DNA from: Sandaracinaceae bacterium
Lineage (GTDB): Bacteria > Myxococcota_A > Polyangia > Polyangiales > Houyiibacteriaceae
Assembly (NCBI GenBank): GCA_020633075.1
Contig: JACKEI010000008.1
Span: 21,360-85,359, forward strand
Reading direction: 5' to 3'
Length of the DNA stretch: 64,000 nt
Positions 28,084 through 37,641 of this stretch are shown in pieces. Made by a program: the position numbers and the translations under genes. Position 1 is the stretch's first letter. Each line of letters opens with the position of its first letter. A model generated the notes under the pieces. The model was not told where the DNA came from and ran no database searches. It saw only the letters and a list, made by a program, of their open reading frames with translations.

Positions 28084-29895
28084 TCAGCCGAGAGTTGGCG
28101 CGTAGCCCTGCTCCGCCCACAGGTCACCAAGGCTCGCCCGCAGCTCGCTGACCACCAGCTTCTCGATCTCGTCGGCGTCGGCGAGCGCGAGCGCGGCGCG
28201 GGCCACCTGCTGTACCGACGAGTGCGCCAAGCGGCGCACGATGGCCGCCGCGACGGGCAGCGCGGGCGGGGGCATGGACAAGTGACGCACCCCGAGACCC
28301 AGCAGCAGGGGGAGCGCGATGGGGTCCGCCGCCGCGTCACCGCACACCCGGACGTCCTTGTCCGCAGCGCGCGCTTGCTGGACCACGTGGTGCACGGCGC
28401 GCAAGAGGACGGGCTCGAACGGCCGCGCCCAGCGCGACGAGAGCGGGTCGGCGCGGTCCACGGCCAGGCTGTACTGCAGGAGGTCGTTGGTGCCGATGGC
28501 CACGAAGTCCACGTGCGGGAGGAGCGCGTCCACCATCACCACGGCCGCGGGCACCTCGATCATGGCGCCGACGCGCAGGGCGGGCAGCGTGACGCCTGCA
28601 GCGCGCAGCCCCGCGCGCTCGTCCGAGAGGAGCGCCAGCGCGCGCAGGAGCTCGCTGCGGCTGGTCACCATGGGGAACAACAGCTCCACCGGTACGTCCG
28701 GCACGTCGGCGCTGGCCCGGAGCACGGCGCGCAGCTGACGCTCGAGCAGCCCCCCCGACTGGAGCGCCAAGCGCAGGCCACGCGGAGCGAGCGCCGGGTT
28801 GGCGGCGCGGGGCGCAGAGCGCAGAGCGGCGGGCGCCGAGGGGCCACTCGGGAGCGCGCGCGCGAGCTCCTCGACGCCGAGGTCGAAGGTGCGAAAGGTC
28901 ACGGCGTGCGGCGCCACGTCGCGCAGCAGCTGCGCGTACGTCCGTGCCTGGCTGTCCTCCGTCAGTGACCCAGGGCTCGACAGAAAGAGGTACTCGGTCC
29001 GGAAGAGCCCGACCCCCTGGGCGCCACGCGCGAGCAGACCGCGGCCCTCCGAGGGCAGCTCGATGTTCGCGCGGAGCTCGATGGACACCTGGTCGGCCGT
29101 GCGCAGAGGCTCGCGAGCGCGCTCGACGAGGCCACGCACGAAGGTCTCGAAGCGGTTGGCGCGCGCCCGGGCGCGCGACTGCTCCTCGGCGCTGGGGCGG
29201 ACGTGGCAAGCGCCCGCGAAGCCGTCCACCTCCACGAGCGCACCGCTCTCGATGGTGGTCAGGGCGTCGCGCACCCCCACCACGGCGGGGATGCCGAGGG
29301 CGCGCGCCAGCAGCGCGGTGTGACTCGTCGCGCTGCCATGCGTCGCCACCAGTCCCACGACGCCACGCTCACGGAGACGCACGGCGTCGCGCGGGGGTAG
29401 ATCGCGCACGACGAGCACCACGCCCGCCGGGGGCTCTGTGGCTGGCCCGTGACCCGCCAGCGCGTCCAGCAGGTGCCCGGCGACTTGCTCCACGTCATGC
29501 GCGAGCTCGCGCAGGTGCGGGCCTCCGTTGCCTTCGAGCGAGCGCGCGAAGCCCTGCATGACGCGCACCACGGCGCTCTCGGCGCTCGCCAGCTCTTCCT
29601 CGATGAGCTGCTCGATGTGCGCGCGCACGGTGGTGTCGCAGGTGAGCTGGCGGTGGGCCTCGAGGATGTCGCGCAGCGGCCCGTTGGGCAGATCCGAGGC
29701 CATGGCAAGCGCCTCGACCAGCTCCGCGTGGGCCCGGTCGGCCGCAGCGCGCAGGCGCGCGAGCTCGTGCGGGACCTGCTCACGCGTGACGCGGCGCTGC
29801 CCCACCGGCGCGCCACGCGCGTCGATGACCCACGCAGGCCCGATGGCGACTCCGACCGACACCGCCACCCCGGCGAGCGTGAAGCTGGAGGTCAT
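28084..29895 (-). CDS. ptsI: PTS Enzyme I (phosphoenolpyruvate-protein phosphotransferase), no GAF domain
   Basis: The phospho-His region is GGATSHTALLARALGIPAVVG (read here as HGSATSHTALLARALGIPAVVG). The PEP-utilizer motifs are FRTEYLF and GTNDLLQYSLAVDR. Confidence 0.9.
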   Translation of the reverse strand: MTSSFTLAGVAVSVGVAIGPAWVIDARGAPVGQRRVTREQVPHELARLRAAADRAHAELVEALAMASDLPNGPLRDILEAHRQLTCDTTVRAHIEQLIEEELASAESAVVRVMQGFARSLEGNGGPHLRELAHDVEQVAGHLLDALAGHGPATEPPAGVVLVVRDLPPRDAVRLRERGVVGLVATHGSATSHTALLARALGIPAVVGVRDALTTIESGALVEVDGFAGACHVRPSAEEQSRARARANRFETFVRGLVERAREPLRTADQVSIELRANIELPSEGRGLLARGAQGVGLFRTEYLFLSSPGSLTEDSQARTYAQLLRDVAPHAVTFRTFDLGVEELARALPSGPSAPAALRSAPRAANPALAPRGLRLALQSGGLLERQLRAVLRASADVPDVPVELLFPMVTSRSELLRALALLSDERAGLRAAGVTLPALRVGAMIEVPAAVVMVDALLPHVDFVAIGTNDLLQYSLAVDRADPLSSRWARPFEPVLLRAVHHVVQQARAADKDVRVCGDAAADPIALPLLLGLGVRHLSMPPPALPVAAAIVRRLAHSSVQQVARAALALADADEIEKLVVSELRASLGDLWAEQGYAPTLG

Positions 29896-29902
29896 CGCGC
29901 GC

Positions 29903-30193
29903 TCACTCGGCTTCCCCGAAGCGCCCGGCCACCAGCTCCGCGATGGCCCGCACCGCCTCCTGGGCGTCCTCGCCCTCGGCCGTCACGGTGAGGGTGGAGC
30001 CGGGCGTCCCGCACAGCAGCAGCACCCCCATGATGCTCTTCGCGTCCACACGGTGGCCGTCCTTCTCGAGCTGCACCTGCGCTCGAAAGCGCACGGCGAG
30101 CGTCACCAGCTTGGACGCGGCACGCGCGTGGAGGCCAAGTCGGTTGACGATCACCACGTCCGCGCGCGCGGACTCGACCGAGGCTGCGATCAC
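29903..30193 (-). CDS. ptsH: HPr/NPr phosphocarrier protein
   Basis: A 96-aa protein. The His-15 site is NRLGLHARAA and the Ser-46 site is DAKSIMGVL. It overlaps the rapZ stop by 4 bp. Confidence 0.85.
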   Translation of the reverse strand: MIAASVESARADVVIVNRLGLHARAASKLVTLAVRFRAQVQLEKDGHRVDAKSIMGVLLLCGTPGSTLTVTAEGEDAQEAVRAIAELVAGRFGEAE

Positions 30194-31059
30194 GCCTTGA
30201 CGCGCTCCACGTCGCGGTGCGCGACAGCCGTCTCACGTCCCAGGCTGCGCAGCTCCGCGGCCAGCGCCTCGGCGGTAGCGACCGAGCGATGACGTCCACC
30301 CGTGCAGCCGAGCGCGATCGTCAGGTAGCTCTTGCCCTCCTTCTCGTAGCGAGGCAGCGCGTTGAGCAGCAGCTGTCGGATGTCTGCGTAGAACTCCTGG
30401 GTCGCCGGCGCGTCGAGCACGAACTTCGCGACCACCGGGTCGAGCCCACTCTGAGGACGCAGCGCGGGCTCGAAGTAGGGGTTGGGGAGGTGTCGCAGGT
30501 CGAACACCAGGTCTGCGTCTGTCGGGATGCCGTACTTGAAGCCGAAGGAGACCACACGCGTGACCATGCGCGCGCCCAGGCTGCCGCGCTCGATGAACTC
30601 CACGATGACGCGCCGCAAGTCGTGGACGTTCAGGCGGGTGGTGTCCACGACGTGCGTGGCGCGCGCGCGGAGCTTGGCCAGGCGCGCGCGCTCGGTCTGG
30701 ATGGCCTCCCAGAGCTCGCCGCCTGGAGCCAGCTTGTGTGGCCTGCGTGACTCGCTGAAGCGTCGCACCAGGATCTCGTCGGCGCAGTCCAGGAACAACA
30801 CCTCCACCTGATGACCGCTGCTGGCGAGCGAGTCCAGCACGCCACTGACGCCCTCCAAGAGCCCGCCGGTGCGCACGTCGATGCCCAGCCCGACACCGCG
30901 CGCAACCGCGTCCGCCGAGAGGGTCTCGAGCAGCGCGGGCGCGAGGCTGGGCGGGAGGTTGTCCACACAGAAGAAGTCGAGGTCCTCCAGCACGCGCAAG
31001 GCGGTGCTGCGCCCCGCTCCGGAGAGCCCAGTTACCACGACGACGTGCAAGCCCGACAC
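30190..31059 (-). CDS. rapZ: RNase adapter / nucleotide-binding protein RapZ (YhbJ)
   Basis: The P-loop is VVTGLSGAGRSTAL. FCVDNLP is present, and the C-terminal part has GCTGGRHRSV. It has a GTG start at 31059. Confidence 0.9.
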   Translation of the reverse strand: MSGLHVVVVTGLSGAGRSTALRVLEDLDFFCVDNLPPSLAPALLETLSADAVARGVGLGIDVRTGGLLEGVSGVLDSLASSGHQVEVLFLDCADEILVRRFSESRRPHKLAPGGELWEAIQTERARLAKLRARATHVVDTTRLNVHDLRRVIVEFIERGSLGARMVTRVVSFGFKYGIPTDADLVFDLRHLPNPYFEPALRPQSGLDPVVAKFVLDAPATQEFYADIRQLLLNALPRYEKEGKSYLTIALGCTGGRHRSVATAEALAAELRSLGRETAVAHRDVERVKA

Positions 31060-31151
31060 GGCACGAGTCTAGAGGGATTGCCCGCGGGCGGCTAGCGGCG
31101 CGGTGCGCCATGACCTTGCGCGCGACCGCCATCACGCCCTAGCCTCGCGCC

Positions 31152-32138
31152 ATGAGCGACCAAAAGCGCGCTGCGGAGAGCTCACCTCCTCCGAGGCAGA
31201 CCACCACGCGCGAGCTCCTGGCCATCCCGCGAGTCGCGGCGGAAATCGCGCTCGTGGCGGGTGAGGCGGGCGTGGTGCGGCGCATCGCTCACCCACGCGT
31301 CCAGAAGGCGGGGCTCGTGCTGGCGGGGCATCGCCACGGGCTCGTACCCACCCGCGTACAGCTCTTGGGCGAGACCGAGATGACCTACCTCGAGGGCTTC
31401 GGGGAGGCCGACCGCAAGAAGCGGCTGGGCGCGCTCTTCGCCATGGGACCGTGCCTCATCGTCGTCACGCGCGGCGCAGCGCCATTCCCCGAGCTGCTCG
31501 CCGCCGCAGAGGCCACGGGCACGCCGCTCGCGGTGTCCCAGCCGCGCTCCACCGGCACCATCGCGCTGCTGCACCACGCACTCGACGAGCTGCTCGCGCC
31601 GCGGGAGTCCGTGCACGGCGTGCTGGTCCAGGTCCACGGGGTGGGCTTGCTGCTCACGGGGCCGAGCGGCATCGGCAAGAGCGAGACCGCGCTGGCGCTG
31701 GTGGAGCGAGGCCACCGCTTGGTCGCCGACGACAACGTGCTGCTCACCAGGACGCCCACCAACGAGATCGTCGGGGCACCGCCGCCACGGCTGCGCTACC
31801 ACATCGAGCTGCGGGGCATCGGCATCGTGAACGTCCGCGACCTCTTCGGAGCGACCGCCGTGCGCGACCAGGCCCCGGTCGAGCTCGTGGTGGAGCTGTG
31901 CCCTTGGGACGAGGCCGATCACTTCGAGCGGCTGGGGCTGGACGACCTGCGACGCCCCCTGCTGGGCGTGGAGCTCTCGCTCGTGCGCATCCCCGTGCGG
32001 CCCGGACGCAACATGGCGGTCATCCTCGAGGTCGCGGCGCGCAATCAGCTGCTCAAGCGCGCCGGGCGCCACGCCGCGCGCAACTTCGTGCGCTCCCTGC
32101 ATCGTGACGCGGGCATCGAAGATCCGCGCGACGAATAG
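31152..32138 (+). CDS. hprK: HPr kinase/phosphorylase
   Basis: The Walker A is LLLTGPSGIGKSETALALVERGHRLVADD. The capping motif region is IELRGIGIVNV. Confidence 0.9.
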   Translation: MSDQKRAAESSPPPRQTTTRELLAIPRVAAEIALVAGEAGVVRRIAHPRVQKAGLVLAGHRHGLVPTRVQLLGETEMTYLEGFGEADRKKRLGALFAMGPCLIVVTRGAAPFPELLAAAEATGTPLAVSQPRSTGTIALLHHALDELLAPRESVHGVLVQVHGVGLLLTGPSGIGKSETALALVERGHRLVADDNVLLTRTPTNEIVGAPPPRLRYHIELRGIGIVNVRDLFGATAVRDQAPVELVVELCPWDEADHFERLGLDDLRRPLLGVELSLVRIPVRPGRNMAVILEVAARNQLLKRAGRHAARNFVRSLHRDAGIEDPRDE

Positions 32139-32150
32139 CGGGCACGTTGC

Positions 32151-32645
32151 GTGGAGCGCGACGCTGCGGTACTGCTGCGCCATCGCATGTTGGTCGAACT
32201 GCTGAGCGCGAACAGGGTCTTGGTGGGCGCGACGCCCAAGGACAAGCTCGCGCTGCTGCGGATCGTCGCGGAGGCCTTCGTCGCAGACGACCAGCGCCTC
32301 TCCGCTGCGGAGATCCTGCGCGTCCTCGAAGACCGCGAGCGCCTGGCGAGCACCGGTGCGGGCAGCGGCGTGGCCATCCCCCACGGTCGCCTCGGGTCCC
32401 TCGCGGAGATGCGGGCGGTCTTGGTCATCATCCCGCGCGGGGTGGACTTCGACGCCATCGACGGGGACCCCGTCACGTTGGCCGTCGCTCTCCTCGGTCC
32501 GCTCGACCAGCCCAGCGCCCACCTGAAGGCGCTGGCGCGCGTGAGCCGGACGGTCCGCGACGAGGGCATACGCGCGGCGCTCCTGGCAGCAGACAGCGTA
32601 GAGGCCGTGATCAGTACGCTGCGCGCTCAGGCTTCGCGCTTCTGA
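32151..32645 (+). CDS. ptsN: PTS IIA-Ntr-like regulatory protein
   Basis: It has a PTS_EIIA_2 fold with the phospho-His motif GSGVAIPHGRL. It uses a GTG start 13 bp after hprK. Confidence 0.8.
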   Translation: MERDAAVLLRHRMLVELLSANRVLVGATPKDKLALLRIVAEAFVADDQRLSAAEILRVLEDRERLASTGAGSGVAIPHGRLGSLAEMRAVLVIIPRGVDFDAIDGDPVTLAVALLGPLDQPSAHLKALARVSRTVRDEGIRAALLAADSVEAVISTLRAQASRF

Positions 32646-32664
32646 GCCTGGCAGCGCGCTCCCC

Positions 32665-32696
32665 CCACCGCCGGCGCTTGCTGCGTCCGGCGGTGG
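32665..32696. terminator. Perfect 10-bp GC stem with a 12-nt loop between the convergent ptsN and hpf genes; candidate bidirectional terminator
   Basis: CCACCGCCGG-cgcttgctgcgt-CCGGCGGTGG, read directly. It starts 20 nt after the ptsN stop and ends 77 nt before the hpf stop. There is no U-tract, which is common in high-GC genomes. Confidence 0.45.
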
Positions 32697-32772
32697 AGTG
32701 GAGAGGAGCTGGGCCGACGTGAGTCTCGACGTGCCGGCCAGACGTCGCGGCGAGGGCGCCGCTCACCGGCTA

Positions 32773-33105
32773 TCAGGCGCCGTGCTTGCCGAGGTGCACC
32801 GACTCGTGAGCGTGGCGCATCTTGGCGGTCTCCGCGTCCTTGCGACTGCGGACCTGACGGTCGATCTTGTCCAGGACCATGTCGATGGAGGCGTACATGT
32901 CCTCCGACTCCTCCGTGGCCGCGTAGCGCTGACCCTCACAGACGACGCTGATGTCGACTTGGTGCAGGTGTCTCTCTGTCGCGACGGTCACCTCGGCGGT
33001 CAGGGGCGCTCGCAGGAACTTCTGCAGGCGAGCGACCTTTTCGGTCGCGTAGGACTTGATGCCGTCTGACGGTTCGAGGTGGCGAAAGGTGAAGTTGATT
33101 CGCAT
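32773..33105 (-). CDS. hpf: Ribosome hibernation promoting factor (short HPF / sigma-54 modulation protein family)
   Basis: A 110-aa protein: MRINFTFRHLEPSDGIKSYATEKV..L.KF...... Its position directly downstream of rpoN is the classical context. Confidence 0.85.
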   Translation of the reverse strand: MRINFTFRHLEPSDGIKSYATEKVARLQKFLRAPLTAEVTVATERHLHQVDISVVCEGQRYAATEESEDMYASIDMVLDKIDRQVRSRKDAETAKMRHAHESVHLGKHGA

Positions 33106-33149
33106 CGTGCCTCCGGGGCGTGGCTGGGGTGTCGAGCTAAGAACAAGCG

Positions 33150-34628
33150 CTAAAAGTATTTCTTCCGTTTGCTGCTACTAAGAATGCCCAACATCTCGCG
33201 GTACTTCGCGACGGTGCGCCGAGCGATCTGAATCCCGTCCTGAGCGAGGACCTCGACGAGCTTCTGGTCGCTGTAGGGCGCCCGCTCGTCTTCCCCGCTG
33301 ACGATCTTCTTGATGGCCTGCTTGACGCTCTCGCTTGCGATGTCGGTGTCGTTGTCGCGCCGAATGGCGCTGTTGAAGAAGTACTTGAGCTCGAAGATGC
33401 CCCGCGGCGTGTGGACGTACTTGTTGCTCGTGACGCGTGAGATGGTGCTCTCGTGCATGCCGACGGCCTCGGCGACGTCACGCAGGATCATGGGCTTGAG
33501 GTGCTCGATACCCAGGTCGAAGAACTCGCGCTGCTTCTCGACGATGCACTCGGTGACCTTGAGGATGGTCTTGCGGCGCTGGTCGATGCTCCGGATGAGC
33601 CACTGCGCGCTGCGCATCTTGTTCTGGATGTACTCCTTGGCCTGCGGGTTCTCGGACATGGCCGAGCGGTAGAAGCCGCTGATCTTGAGGCGCGGCATCC
33701 CGTCGTCGTTGGCCACCACGAAGTACTCGTCGCCGACCTTGTGGACGTACACGTCCGGGGTGATGTAGCGCGGCTCTTCGGTGAAGTAGTTGCGGCCGGG
33801 CCGAGGCTCGAACTCCGCGATCATCTGCGCGATGTCGTAGACCTCTTCCACCGCGACATCGAGGTCCTTCGCGATGGCGCCGTAGTTCTTGCGCTCCAGG
33901 TTCCCGAGGTGATGCCGGATGACCCGGATGCACAGGTCGTCCATCCCGAAGTGCTTGGCTTGGACCTCCAAGCACTCCTCGAGCGTGCGCGAGCAGACCC
34001 CGAGCGGGTCGAACTGCTGCATCATGGAGAGCACCTCCTCGGCGTCCTCCGGGTGCAGACCCGCCTCTTGGGCGAGGCGGGGCACGATCTCTTCGGGCGG
34101 GACCCCCTCCATGGAGAGGTAGCCGCGCGTGTCCAGGTTGCCGATGACCAGCGCCCCGAAGCGCTGCTCGTCCTCGACGAAGTCTCCCATGCGGAGCTGC
34201 CACGCGAGGTGATCCACCAGGTCCTCGGCGCGCGTCAGCGTCTGCTCGAAGCCGGGCATCTCGTCGTCGCCGCCGCGTCCCCGATAGCCGGGCATCGCGG
34301 GCTGCGCCGCGTGCGCCTCCAGGTAGCGCTCCCAGTCGATCTCTTCGCGCTTGGAGTCCACGGCCTCGGTGTTGGCGCGGTTGGAGTCCTCCGGGCCCGT
34401 CGGCCCACCGTCCTCGCCGTGAGAGTGCTGCACCGCCTCGGTCGTCGGTGTCACCTCGCGCGCGTCACGGCCGTCCATGGAGTCCTCGAGAACCGGGTTC
34501 TCGAGCAGCTCTTCGTGGACCAGCTCCGTGAGCTCCATGCGGGACATCTGCAGCAGCTTGATGGCCTGTTGCAGCTGAGGGGTCATCACCAGCTGCTGCG
34601 AGAGCTTGAGCTGCTGTTTGATCTCCAT
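33150..34628 (-). CDS. rpoN: RNA polymerase sigma-54 factor
   Basis: Region I is MEIKQQLKLSQQLVMTPQLQQAIKLLQMS. The HTH and RpoN box are MHESTISRVTSNKYVHTPRGIFELKYFF at the C-terminus. Confidence 0.95.
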   Translation of the reverse strand: MEIKQQLKLSQQLVMTPQLQQAIKLLQMSRMELTELVHEELLENPVLEDSMDGRDAREVTPTTEAVQHSHGEDGGPTGPEDSNRANTEAVDSKREEIDWERYLEAHAAQPAMPGYRGRGGDDEMPGFEQTLTRAEDLVDHLAWQLRMGDFVEDEQRFGALVIGNLDTRGYLSMEGVPPEEIVPRLAQEAGLHPEDAEEVLSMMQQFDPLGVCSRTLEECLEVQAKHFGMDDLCIRVIRHHLGNLERKNYGAIAKDLDVAVEEVYDIAQMIAEFEPRPGRNYFTEEPRYITPDVYVHKVGDEYFVVANDDGMPRLKISGFYRSAMSENPQAKEYIQNKMRSAQWLIRSIDQRRKTILKVTECIVEKQREFFDLGIEHLKPMILRDVAEAVGMHESTISRVTSNKYVHTPRGIFELKYFFNSAIRRDNDTDIASESVKQAIKKIVSGEDERAPYSDQKLVEVLAQDGIQIARRTVAKYREMLGILSSSKRKKYF

Positions 34629-34661
34629 GAAGGCTCCGAGCCCGGGATTGGGCCAAGAGCG

Positions 34662-34667
34662 AGTATA
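34662..34667 (-). promoter_or_regulatory. Candidate -10 hexamer TATACT upstream of rpoN
   Basis: TATACT on the minus strand lies 34 nt upstream of the rpoN ATG, and a GGAGCC Shine-Dalgarno-like element sits between them. The only -35 is poor (TAGATT, 18-nt spacer). Confidence 0.25.
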
Positions 34668-34720
34668 GCGCCTCGCGCCGCTCCGAATCTAGCGACGCGA
34701 TGAGATTCTTGCGGCGGCCC

Positions 34721-37582
34721 TCAGCGGCTCTCGCCGCGCCCGACGCGCATCATCTCGGCCAGGACCTCTCGCAGCGCGCGCAGCGGCCCGAAGACCTCGC
34801 TGCTCAGCTGTTCACCATGCTGCTCGGCCGCGGCGGCCTCGGCGACCACCGCGCGCTCGAGCGAACCCACCAGCTCCGCGAGCACGTCGCGCAGAGAGCC
34901 CCCGAGCTCGCCCCGCGCATCCGCCCGGACGACGCCCAGCGCGGCCACCGCGCCCTGTCGGGAGGCCACGGCGCGTGGGAGCGAGTCTTCGAACAGCCGC
35001 CGCAGCGCGCCCCCGCGCAGCAGGCCGCGCTGGTAGCCCAGATAGGCGGAGAACGGGGACCCCAGCGCCGCGCGCACGCGCAGATCGAGATCAATGGGGG
35101 ACGCTTGTTCGTCCTCGGGTCGCGTGCCCGCCATGGCCTGCGCCAGCGCGCCGCGCACCTGCGCGACCAGGCGCCGCTCGGCTTGTTCGAGCGCGAGGGT
35201 GAAGCGACGCTCCAGCAGCTCTCCCAAGAACGCCTGATCGTCGGCGGAGAGGGCGCTCCGCCCAAAGGTCGCTCCGCGGGGCTTGAGCACGCTGAGCAGC
35301 TCGTCCGCTGCGGCTTCGAGGGCAGCCTCTTCACCAGCGACCACCGCGCGCACCGCATCGCGGGCTTGGTCCTGGAGCTCGGCGTGACGCGCGCCGATGC
35401 GCCCTGCGCGCGCGTTGAGGCGGGCCACCACGCGGGCCTGCCCCTCCACCAGCTCGCGCTCGGTCTCGAGCGCCTGGTCCAGGACCGCCAGCAAGCGGGA
35501 CGCACACGCGCGCCGCTTCAGCTCGCGCGAGCGCGAGAAGACCTCACGGTCCAGGTGGGCCAAGAAGTCCTCGAAGCCGCTGGCTGCGAGCGCGGCCTCG
35601 TCGCCGGCCAGCTTGGCTTTGAGGGCCGTGCGCCCCGAGACGGTGACCAAGGCCCCCATCGGCTCCCCCGGAGGAGCGCCCGCGGCGTCATCCACCCAGC
35701 TGGCGCGCACGACGGCGCTGACCCTCTCGAGGTCCTCCTCCGACAGCCGGTCACGCTTGTTCAGCACCGGGATGACCTTGCGACCCGAGCCACGAAACGC
35801 GGCGTAGAAGCTGGCCTCGGTCTTCTTGCCGGCCTGAGACGCGTCGAAGACCCACAGCACCGCGTCAGCGCGGCGCGCGGCCTCTCGCGCGAGCTTCTCG
35901 TGCGCGGGGTCGAGGGCGTTGGTGCCTGGCGCGTCCATGATCCAGACGCGCTCGAGGTCTTCACTGGGGAGCACGATCTCCACGTGGTCAACGGTCTCGT
36001 CGGCGGCGGCCGCGTCTGCCAACAGATCCCGGAGCGCGTCGTAGCCTCCCTCGCGCGTGCTCCCGTCCACGCGCACCAAGCGCACGCGCCGCGCGGCACC
36101 GCCGCGCAGGACGTTCAGGGTGGCGGTCGTGGGCACGATGCCCATGGGCGCGACCTCGGCGCCGATGATGGCGTTGATGAGCGTGCTCTTGCCGGCGTTG
36201 AATTCCCCGAGCACCGCGAGCAGGAGGGGCCTGTCCAGCTCGTCGCGCAGTCCGCGCGCAGCCCGCGCGACGTCTCCGAGGCCCTGCTTCTCGGCGAAGC
36301 GAGCGACCGCGTCGATCGCGCCGGCGAGGTCCACCTCGGCCGCGTTGGTGTCGGTCCAGCTGGCCTTGAGCGCGGCCTTGCGCAGCTCACCGACGCGCGC
36401 GCTGTCCACGCTGGCGTGCGGACGGCCACGGGAGACCCTGGGGAACGACTCCAGCTGCGCGAGCGCGTCTGCGGGGCGCCCCTGCCTGAGCGCCACCTGC
36501 GCGCGCAAGAGCACGCCGCGCGGCTCGTCGCCCGGGTCCAGCTGCGCGGCGGTCGCGACATCCCCTTGCGCGAGCGCGATCAACCCGCGCGCCAGCTGCT
36601 CGACCGGATCGCCCGGCGCCACCCGTGAGAGCGCGTCTGCGTAGCGAGTCAGCGCCGCGACGTCGTCTGGGTCCGCCACGCGGATGGCGCCCCGATGCAG
36701 CTCCACGTCGCCGCTGCCGTGCGCCGCCGCCGAGACCGCCTCGGCCGCAGCGGCCCCACGGCGCGCGGCGACCAACACGTCCGCCAGCGTCGCCAGGGCC
36801 TTCGGACCACCTCCCCGCGCGATGGCGGAGCGCGCATGCAGCTCGGCTTCGTCCACGCGGCCGGCCGCCAGCTGCCCCTCCGCGAGCGCGATGAGCGCGG
36901 TGGCGTCACCGGAGTCCGCGGCCCGGTGCAGCCAGCTCAAGGCCGGCTCGCTCAGCCCGGCGCGAGCCAGCGCCAGGCCCATGCGCGCGGCGTCGGAGGG
37001 TTTGAGGGCCTTGGGATCGAGCGACTCGGCGGCGCGCTCGGCGTCCGCGGCACGCCCAGCTGCCACCGACGCCTCGACCAGCCGCACCACGAGCGTGTGA
37101 TCCTGCGGCGTCGCGCTCAGCGCCTTGCGCAGCTCGCGCACCGCCCGGTCTGGACGCTCTCGCCGCCACTCGGCCTCCGCGCGCAAGCGACAGGCCTCCG
37201 CCAAGCGGGCCCCTCCTTCTTCGGCGAGGGCCCGTGAGGCGTCCCGCGCGGCGTCGGCCGCGAGCTGGATACGCCCCGCGTCCAACGCCAAGCGCGCGGC
37301 CCACAGCGACACGCTCGGGTCCAGCGTGGAGTGGGTGCGCGCCTCTTCGAGCGCGGCCAGGGCGCCCGCGTCGTCACGCATGCCTGCCCGCGCCCGCGCC
37401 AGCCCCAAGGCCGCGCGGCCGAGGCCGGGGCGCGTCGCGAGCACGTCCAGGAACAGCCGCTCGGCCTCTGGGAAGAGCTCCGCGCTGAGCGCCTCGTCGC
37501 CCGTGTCGAGCGCGTCACGCACGTCCTCCGGCAGCAGCAGGACGTCATCCAGGAAGCGCCCCACCCGGTCGAGCAGCCCCAC
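34721..37582 (-). CDS. Dynamin-family large GTPase with an N-terminal TPR-like domain
   Basis: An Ala/Leu-rich TPR-like N-terminal region of ~400 aa comes first. The GTPase motifs are G1 GEFNAGKST, G3 DAPGT and G4 NKRD. A long helical C-terminus follows. It has a GTG start at 37582. Confidence 0.75.
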   Translation of the reverse strand: MGLLDRVGRFLDDVLLLPEDVRDALDTGDEALSAELFPEAERLFLDVLATRPGLGRAALGLARARAGMRDDAGALAALEEARTHSTLDPSVSLWAARLALDAGRIQLAADAARDASRALAEEGGARLAEACRLRAEAEWRRERPDRAVRELRKALSATPQDHTLVVRLVEASVAAGRAADAERAAESLDPKALKPSDAARMGLALARAGLSEPALSWLHRAADSGDATALIALAEGQLAAGRVDEAELHARSAIARGGGPKALATLADVLVAARRGAAAAEAVSAAAHGSGDVELHRGAIRVADPDDVAALTRYADALSRVAPGDPVEQLARGLIALAQGDVATAAQLDPGDEPRGVLLRAQVALRQGRPADALAQLESFPRVSRGRPHASVDSARVGELRKAALKASWTDTNAAEVDLAGAIDAVARFAEKQGLGDVARAARGLRDELDRPLLLAVLGEFNAGKSTLINAIIGAEVAPMGIVPTTATLNVLRGGAARRVRLVRVDGSTREGGYDALRDLLADAAAADETVDHVEIVLPSEDLERVWIMDAPGTNALDPAHEKLAREAARRADAVLWVFDASQAGKKTEASFYAAFRGSGRKVIPVLNKRDRLSEEDLERVSAVVRASWVDDAAGAPPGEPMGALVTVSGRTALKAKLAGDEAALAASGFEDFLAHLDREVFSRSRELKRRACASRLLAVLDQALETERELVEGQARVVARLNARAGRIGARHAELQDQARDAVRAVVAGEEAALEAAADELLSVLKPRGATFGRSALSADDQAFLGELLERRFTLALEQAERRLVAQVRGALAQAMAGTRPEDEQASPIDLDLRVRAALGSPFSAYLGYQRGLLRGGALRRLFEDSLPRAVASRQGAVAALGVVRADARGELGGSLRDVLAELVGSLERAVVAEAAAAEQHGEQLSSEVFGPLRALREVLAEMMRVGRGESR

Positions 37583-37641
37583 CTAGCGCGCTCCTCTGTG
37601 GCGGCGCGGAGACGGCTGGACGCGCGGGGCAGACGTCACCG

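Noticed and set aside
31152-32645. The hprK-ptsN block interpreted as a simple recent inversion.
   Set aside because: Re-inverting it gives hprK-ptsN, not the canonical ptsN-hprK order. I also found no flanking inverted repeats.
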